The notes under the pieces are model-generated. The model saw only the letters and a program-made list of their open reading frames with translations. It ran no database searches and had not been told where the DNA came from. This document shows positions 59,015 to 64,000 of a stretch of DNA of 64,000 nucleotides, one piece after another. A program made the translations under genes and the position numbers. This stretch comes from Chloroflexota bacterium (GTDB lineage: Bacteria; Chloroflexota; Dehalococcoidia; DSTF01; JACRBR01): positions 15,006 through 79,005 of the forward strand of contig JBBING010000003.1 in the NCBI GenBank assembly GCA_037444005.1. Reading direction: 5' to 3'. Each line of letters opens with the position of its first letter. The stretch's first letter is position 1.

Positions 59015-60079
59015 ATGAAGCGCGACATTCTCATCGCCGGCGTGTTGTGGCTTGCGCTGACCGTCGTCGGTCTCTTCTTTGTCGGGCGCATTGACTACTT
59101 CCCGTCGACGATGTCCGACAAGGGCGAAGAGGTCGAGCACGCGTTCCGGGTCCTGGCGCTCCTCGCCGTCCCCGTGGCCGCTCTGGTCGTCACGGTCCTG
59201 TTCTACAGCGTCATCGTCCATCGCTCGAAGGGCGACCCCGTCGAAGACGGCCCGCCCATCATGGGACGAGGCGCGTTCCCTATGGCCTGGTTCGGGATCA
59301 CCTCCGGACTGACGCTGCTGGTGATGATCTATCCGGGCCTGACGAGCCTCGCGAAGATGATCGACAACCCGACACCAGACCTCGTCGTGAACGTCGAGGG
59401 CGTCCAGTGGACGTGGCTCGTCAGCTATCCGCAGCAAGACGTGCGGAACGTCCGCGAACTCGTTCTGCCGGTCGACCGAACGGTGCGGTTCGACATCACG
59501 AGCCGGGACGTACTCCACTCGTTCTGGGTCCCCGCGTTCCTGATGAAGATCGACGCGGTCCCGGGAAGGACGACGACGGTAACCTTCAAGCCCACCGAGA
59601 CGGGCTCGTATCAAGAAGACTCGTCCCTCAGGCTGCAGTGCGCTGAACTCTGCGGCCTCAGTCACTCCCGGATGATGCTGCCCGTGCGGGTGGTGACGGA
59701 GGAGGAGTTCCAGGCGTGGGTCGAGAAGAATCGCCGGCCGCCGGCCACGCCCGCGCCCACAGCCGGGCCTGGTGCAGAGGTGGAAGAAGTCACCATCGTG
59801 GCGAAGAACGTGCTCTTCGACCTGAAGGAGATTCGGGTGAAGGCCGGCTCGCAGGTGAAGCTCACGGTCGACAACCAGGACGCCGGCGTTCCCCACAACT
59901 GGTCGCTGTACGAGAGCGAGGACGCGGCGAAAGCCGGCGAGACGCCGCTCGCCGCCACCGAGGTCGAGACGGGCCCGGTGACGCAGGAGCTGACCTTCCC
60001 CGCTCCGGACCCGGGCGTCTACTTCTTCCGCTGCGATGTGCACCCGACCACGATGGTCGGTACCTTCATCGTCGAATGA
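59015..60079 (+). CDS. ctaC: Cytochrome c oxidase subunit II with fused C-terminal cupredoxin (blue-copper) domain
   Basis: Two N-terminal TM helices. CuA ligands HSFWVP ... CAELCGLSHSRM. An extra approximately 100-aa C-terminal domain carries type-1 copper ligands (VPHNW ... FRCDVHPTTM). Confidence 0.9.
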   Translation: MKRDILIAGVLWLALTVVGLFFVGRIDYFPSTMSDKGEEVEHAFRVLALLAVPVAALVVTVLFYSVIVHRSKGDPVEDGPPIMGRGAFPMAWFGITSGLTLLVMIYPGLTSLAKMIDNPTPDLVVNVEGVQWTWLVSYPQQDVRNVRELVLPVDRTVRFDITSRDVLHSFWVPAFLMKIDAVPGRTTTVTFKPTETGSYQEDSSLRLQCAELCGLSHSRMMLPVRVVTEEEFQAWVEKNRRPPATPAPTAGPGAEVEEVTIVAKNVLFDLKEIRVKAGSQVKLTVDNQDAGVPHNWSLYESEDAAKAGETPLAATEVETGPVTQELTFPAPDPGVYFFRCDVHPTTMVGTFIVE

Positions 60080-60107
60080 GAGCGCGGGAGCTCGAGGAGC
60101 GAGTGCG

Positions 60108-61991
60108 ATGACCGGAGCGGTTGTGCAGCCCAACGAAGAGCGGCCGAGCCTCGCGAGCGCGTTCGTTCCCATGCTGCGCGGGCTGCTGTGGGGCGCCGTC
60201 GGGTTCGCGGTGGGTGCGGGCCTGACCGCGCTGGCGCGCGTGGCGTCAGGGGAGAGCGCCTGGTGGCTCGAACTGAACTTCACGGTCGGTTACGCCTTCG
60301 GGCTCGTGGGCTGGCTCCTCGGGGTCGGCATGTGGGAGCGGTGGGGCCGCGAGTGGTTCGGACTTCAGACCCGGCGCGATCTCACCGACTGGCGGAGGTT
60401 TTTCGCCTTCACCACCGACCACAAGGTCATCGGAGTGCAATACCTGGTGACCTTCCTGCTCCTGTTTCTGGCGGCGGGTCTGCTCGCCATGCTCATCCGG
60501 ATGCAGCTCCTGCAGCCGGACGGCGCGGTGATGAGCGACGGCACGTACAACCGCGTGATGAGCCTGCACGGGATCATCATGATCGCCGTGGCCGTCGCGG
60601 CTGTGATCGGCGGGTTCGGGAACTACTTTGTGCCCCTGCTCATCGGCGCCCGCGACATGGCGTTTCCGCGGCTCAACGCCCTCAGCTTCTGGCTCGTGCC
60701 GCCCGTGGCGGTCCTCCTGCTCGCCGCGCAGGCCGCGGGAGGATGGGACTCCGGCTGGACCGCGTACCCGCCCCTCAGTGTCCGGAACGCGGCCGGGCAG
60801 GTCTTCTTCAACCTCGCGATCATCACGTTCGGACTGTCCTCCATCCTCGGCGGCCTCAACTTCATCGTGACCGTCTTCCACATGCGGGCGAAGGGCATGA
60901 CCTGGGGACGGCTGCCCATCTTCGTCTGGTCCATGTTCGCCGCAGCATGGCTCGCGCTGACGTTCACGCAGTTCTTCGCGGCGGCGATGCTGATGATCAC
61001 GCTGGACCGCCTGGCGGGCACGTCGTTCTTCGTGGCGGACCAGGGTGGGAAGCCGCTGCTGTACCAGCACATCTTCTGGTTCTACTCGCACCCGGCGGTG
61101 TACATCTTCGTCCTGCCCGGGTTCGGCATCACCCTCGAAGTCCTGGCGCACTTCTCGCGCAAGCCGCTGTTCGCGTACAAGTGGGCGGTCGGTGGCTTTC
61201 TCGGCATCGTCGCGGTGAGCGGCATCGTCTGGGCCCACCACATGTTCGTGAGCGGTATGGACAACAAGCTGCTCGCGCCGTTTCTCGTAACGACCGAGAT
61301 CATCTCGATCCCGACGGGCCTGGTCTTCCTGTCGGCGCTGGGCACCATCTGGCAGGGGCGCCTGTGGCTGAAGACGCCGATGCTGTTTGCCCTGGGGATG
61401 GTGTTCAACTTCCTAATCGGCGGCGTCACGGGCATCTTCCTGGCGGACGTGCCGACGGACATCAACCTGTCGGACACGTACTTCGTGGTGGCGCACTTCC
61501 ACTACACCATCATCGGCGGCGAGATCTTCGCGTTGTTCGCCGGGCTCTACTACTGGTTCCCGAAGATGACGGGACGGATGTACAACGAGCGGCTCGGCCA
61601 GCTCCACTTCTGGCTGATGATCATCGCGTTCAACCTGACGTTCCTCCCGATGTTCTGGGCCGGCCTGCACGGCATGAACCGGCGCATCGCCACGTACCCG
61701 GAGGACCTGCAGGCGCTGAACGTGTTCATCAGCGTCATGGGCTTCCTGCTGGCGAGCAGCTTCCTGTTCTTCGTGGCGAACATAGTGTGGTCGCTGGTCA
61801 AGGGGCCGAAGGCTGCGGCCGACCCCTGGCGCGCCCGGACGCTCGAGTGGCGGGTGTCGTCGCCGCCGCCCATCGAGAACTTCCCGGCGCCGCCCGTGGT
61901 CAGCGGCCATCCCTATGACTACGGCGTGCGGGGAGCGCCGGCTCACGCCCTGCTCGGCGTCGCCGGCGCGAGTGGAGAGGCGAAGGTATGA
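60108..61991 (+). CDS. ctaD: Cytochrome c oxidase subunit I (haem-copper oxidase, A-type)
   Basis: GAGGAG RBS. Conserved His ligands in WFYSHPAVYIFVLPGFG, GIVWAHHMF and VVAHFHY. About 12 or more TM helices, with an approximately 60-aa N-terminal extension. Confidence 0.96.
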   Translation: MTGAVVQPNEERPSLASAFVPMLRGLLWGAVGFAVGAGLTALARVASGESAWWLELNFTVGYAFGLVGWLLGVGMWERWGREWFGLQTRRDLTDWRRFFAFTTDHKVIGVQYLVTFLLLFLAAGLLAMLIRMQLLQPDGAVMSDGTYNRVMSLHGIIMIAVAVAAVIGGFGNYFVPLLIGARDMAFPRLNALSFWLVPPVAVLLLAAQAAGGWDSGWTAYPPLSVRNAAGQVFFNLAIITFGLSSILGGLNFIVTVFHMRAKGMTWGRLPIFVWSMFAAAWLALTFTQFFAAAMLMITLDRLAGTSFFVADQGGKPLLYQHIFWFYSHPAVYIFVLPGFGITLEVLAHFSRKPLFAYKWAVGGFLGIVAVSGIVWAHHMFVSGMDNKLLAPFLVTTEIISIPTGLVFLSALGTIWQGRLWLKTPMLFALGMVFNFLIGGVTGIFLADVPTDINLSDTYFVVAHFHYTIIGGEIFALFAGLYYWFPKMTGRMYNERLGQLHFWLMIIAFNLTFLPMFWAGLHGMNRRIATYPEDLQALNVFISVMGFLLASSFLFFVANIVWSLVKGPKAAADPWRARTLEWRVSSPPPIENFPAPPVVSGHPYDYGVRGAPAHALLGVAGASGEAKV

Positions 61992-62230
61992 CGGGAAACG
62001 GTCACAGCGGAGACGGCCACGGGCCGGGAGAGGGCGTGTCGGCCGCGGTTCGAACCGGATGGATGGTCTTTGTGGCCCTCGCGGCGCTGACCATCGTCGA
62101 GTACATCGTCGCGGTGAGCGTTGACGCGAACCTCCCGGTCATCGCGATCATCGCCGTCGCGAAGGCCGCGTTCATCGTCTACTACTTCATGCATGTCGTG
62201 CGCGCCTGGCGCAGAGAGGCAGGGCACTGA
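61988..62230 (+). CDS. ctaF: Cytochrome c oxidase subunit IV (small CtaF-like subunit)
   Basis: 80 aa, two TM helices. The ATG overlaps the ctaD stop (ATGA). Confidence 0.7.
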   Translation: MTGNGHSGDGHGPGEGVSAAVRTGWMVFVALAALTIVEYIVAVSVDANLPVIAIIAVAKAAFIVYYFMHVVRAWRREAGH

Positions 62231-62814
62231 TGGCGATCGCGAGCACGTACGCCGAGGCCCGCGCGGCCGTCGAACATCACGAAGAGCACCGCCCGGCGAT
62301 GAATCAGCTCGGGCTGTGGCTGTTCTTCGTCTCGGAGTCCTTTCTGTTCGCGGCGCTGCTGGCCGCGCGGTTCTACCTGGCGGGCACGGACAAGCCGGAG
62401 CACCTGAACCAGTTCCTCGGGCTCATCATTACGTCGGTGCTCCTGTTGAGCAGCTTCACGGCCTACCGGGCGGAGACAGCCATCGCTCATGGCGACCGCT
62501 CGGCGTTCCTGCGCAATCTGCTGGCGACTATCATCATGGGCGCCGTGTTCGTCGTGGGCGTCGGGTTCGAGTGGAGCACCGCCGAATTCTCCCGCCACGA
62601 GCCGTACGGCACGGCGTTCTTCTCCATGACCGGGCTGCATGCGTCCCACGTCATCAGCGGCGTCGCGATGCTCGCGCTCGTCTTCGTTCTCGGGCTGCGC
62701 GGGCACTTCTCTCCGGAGGGCTACTGGGGCGTCGAGGCGACCATCAAGTACTGGCACTTCGTCGACGTCGTGTGGGTCTTCTTCTACCCCGCCCTGTATC
62801 TGATGGGGTGGTGA
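62230..62814 (+). CDS. ctaE: Cytochrome c oxidase subunit III
   Basis: FFVSESFLFAALLAARFYL, TGLHASHVISG and YWHFVDVVWVFFY signatures. Confidence 0.93.
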   Translation: MAIASTYAEARAAVEHHEEHRPAMNQLGLWLFFVSESFLFAALLAARFYLAGTDKPEHLNQFLGLIITSVLLLSSFTAYRAETAIAHGDRSAFLRNLLATIIMGAVFVVGVGFEWSTAEFSRHEPYGTAFFSMTGLHASHVISGVAMLALVFVLGLRGHFSPEGYWGVEATIKYWHFVDVVWVFFYPALYLMGW

Positions 62815-62817
62815 CGG

Positions 62818-63357
62818 GTGATCGCCGGGGCGACCCGGACCGACGCCGAAGCGACTGAGCGCCGAAGCAGCGCCCTGCCATGGGGGACCATCGCATGGTG
62901 GGCGCTCTCGCTTTTCGCCGGCCTTGCGCTGGCCGGAGGCGTCAGCGTGGCGTCGTGGTTCGCGCTGTCGGACGGGCCGACGCGCGCGCCGAAACCCGTC
63001 GAGATCGCCATCCCCGCAGGCACGTACGATCGCATCCGGTCGGGCGCGGCGCTATCGCCCATGCCGAGCACGCTCGAGTTCGTGCAAGGCGACACGCTCA
63101 TCGTGCGGAACGAGGACCGGGTCCAACACCAGATCGGCTCGTTTTCCATTCCGCCCGGTGGCGTCACCAGTATCCCGCTGACGCAGGCGAGCTCGCAGTC
63201 GTTTCTGTGCAGCTTTCACCCGGCGGGCGTGATCGGCCTGAACGTGAAGGCGCGGTCCAATCCGTGGGGCATCCTGTGGCCGACGTTCTTGCTCGGGGTC
63301 CCGTTCGGGATGGCGATCGGCGGCGTAGGCGCGATCCTGCGCAGGATCGAGTGGTGA
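62818..63357 (+). CDS. Hypothetical membrane protein downstream of cox operon (periplasmic beta-rich domain with His/Cys)
   Basis: GTG 4 nt after the ctaE stop. N- and C-terminal TM helices flank an approximately 110-aa domain containing HQIGSF...FLCSFHPAG. Confidence 0.5.
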   Translation: MIAGATRTDAEATERRSSALPWGTIAWWALSLFAGLALAGGVSVASWFALSDGPTRAPKPVEIAIPAGTYDRIRSGAALSPMPSTLEFVQGDTLIVRNEDRVQHQIGSFSIPPGGVTSIPLTQASSQSFLCSFHPAGVIGLNVKARSNPWGILWPTFLLGVPFGMAIGGVGAILRRIEW

Positions 63358-63361
63358 ACGG

Positions 63362-64000
63362 CTACCCGAAGCTGTGAGCGCGGTCGGGCAGGACGTCGGC
63401 GGGCGCCAGGGGCTCGAAGCGCTCTGCGATGACGTTGACCGCCGCCTGCTCGCGTTCGACCCGGCCGTGCACGATGAGGGCCGGGGCGAACTGGATGAGG
63501 TACGGATACCGCGACACCAGCGCCGGGCGGGTGATGATGTTGATCATCCCGAAGTCGTCCTCAAGAGTGTGGAACACGAAGCCCTTGGCGGTGCCCGGCG
63601 CCTGACGCACCGCCACGATGCCCGCCACCGTCACTGGCGTGCCGCTCTCGAGCTGCTCCAGCCGCCGGCTCGAGGTGATGCCCTCGTGCAGGTAGGGCCG
63701 CACCAGATCCATGGAGCGCCCGCGGATGGCGATCCCGGACCATGCGAGGTCCGCCATGACGCGCTCTTCGTGCGTCATGGCGGGCGGAGCGAAGGCGTCG
63801 CCCTCGAACGACAGCGGTAGTGGAAGCTGGTCTCCCAGCGGCCGGTAGAAGAGTCCGAGCTGCCAGAGCAGCTCGCGTTCGTGCAGGCCGGTCCAGGCGA
63901 AGGCGCCGACCTCGATGAGGCGCTCGATGGGCTCGCGGGGGAGCCGGGTACGGCGCCAGAAGTCCCAGAGGGAACGGTACGGGCCATTGGCCCGCTCCGC
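63362..64000 (-). CDS. dnaE2: DNA polymerase III alpha subunit, C-terminal part (error-prone DnaE2-like); 5' end beyond window
   Basis: C-terminal OB-fold TVAGIVAVRQAPGTAKGFVFHTLEDDFGMINIIT with a short tail after it (DnaE2-like). The in-frame sequence continues without stops to the window edge. Confidence 0.6.
   Translation of the reverse strand, partial: AERANGPYRSLWDFWRRTRLPREPIERLIEVGAFAWTGLHERELLWQLGLFYRPLGDQLPLPLSFEGDAFAPPAMTHEERVMADLAWSGIAIRGRSMDLVRPYLHEGITSSRRLEQLESGTPVTVAGIVAVRQAPGTAKGFVFHTLEDDFGMINIITRPALVSRYPYLIQFAPALIVHGRVEREQAAVNVIAERFEPLAPADVLPDRAHSFG

Noticed and set aside
60188-61918. 576-aa ORF in an alternate frame of ctaD (and 60246-61241 antisense)
   Set aside because: Arg/Pro-rich artefact. 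ctaD in its own frame carries all the haem-copper oxidase signatures.

Overview
This 64-kb window is a very GC-rich (~70%) bacterial chromosomal segment, densely coded on both strands with many 4-nt ATGA/GTGA stop-start overlaps. I support about 70 CDS, two tRNAs (Arg-TCG and a His-GTG with an encoded G-1), one intrinsic terminator and a few sigma70-like promoters. Several promoters carry a recurring TACAATGG -10 element, some apparently driving leaderless mRNAs. I found no CRISPR, rRNA, IS or prophage signatures.

Recognisable blocks:
- an APH-like kinase (truncated at the 5' window edge), an MFS transporter, a sortase and a radical-SAM/SPASM protein;
- galU followed by a tightly coupled cell-envelope operon (alpha/beta hydrolase, membrane-anchored Mur ligase, DegT aminotransferase, FemAB);
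- yebC-ruvC-ruvA and uvrB;
- two MFS transporters, one of them frameshifted;
- a ROK kinase next to glgA;
- nfi, then prfB with its classic CTT-TGA-C +1 frameshift;
- a long minus-strand phosphatidylinositol/PIM-like glycolipid operon (ino1 with an in-frame HTH-XRE, two LpxL-family acyltransferases, a PHP phosphoesterase, a PimA-like GT4, a CDP-alcohol phosphatidyltransferase, a PDO-like thioredoxin-fold protein and a GT-C membrane glycosyltransferase);
- assorted redox enzymes, ferritin, mgtE, pdxS/pdxT and gmd;
- a cytochrome c oxidase operon in the order ctaC-ctaD-ctaF-ctaE, whose subunit II carries a fused cupredoxin domain.

The most striking observation is an in-frame TGA exactly at the first Cys of the second CxxC active site (CQYC ... 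U-PYC) of a PDO/glutaredoxin-like gene sitting between pdxS and pdxT. That makes it a candidate selenoprotein, or else a very recent nonsense mutation or sequencing error.

The lineage guess (a Chloroflexota/Thermomicrobia-like organism) is inference from gene content only.
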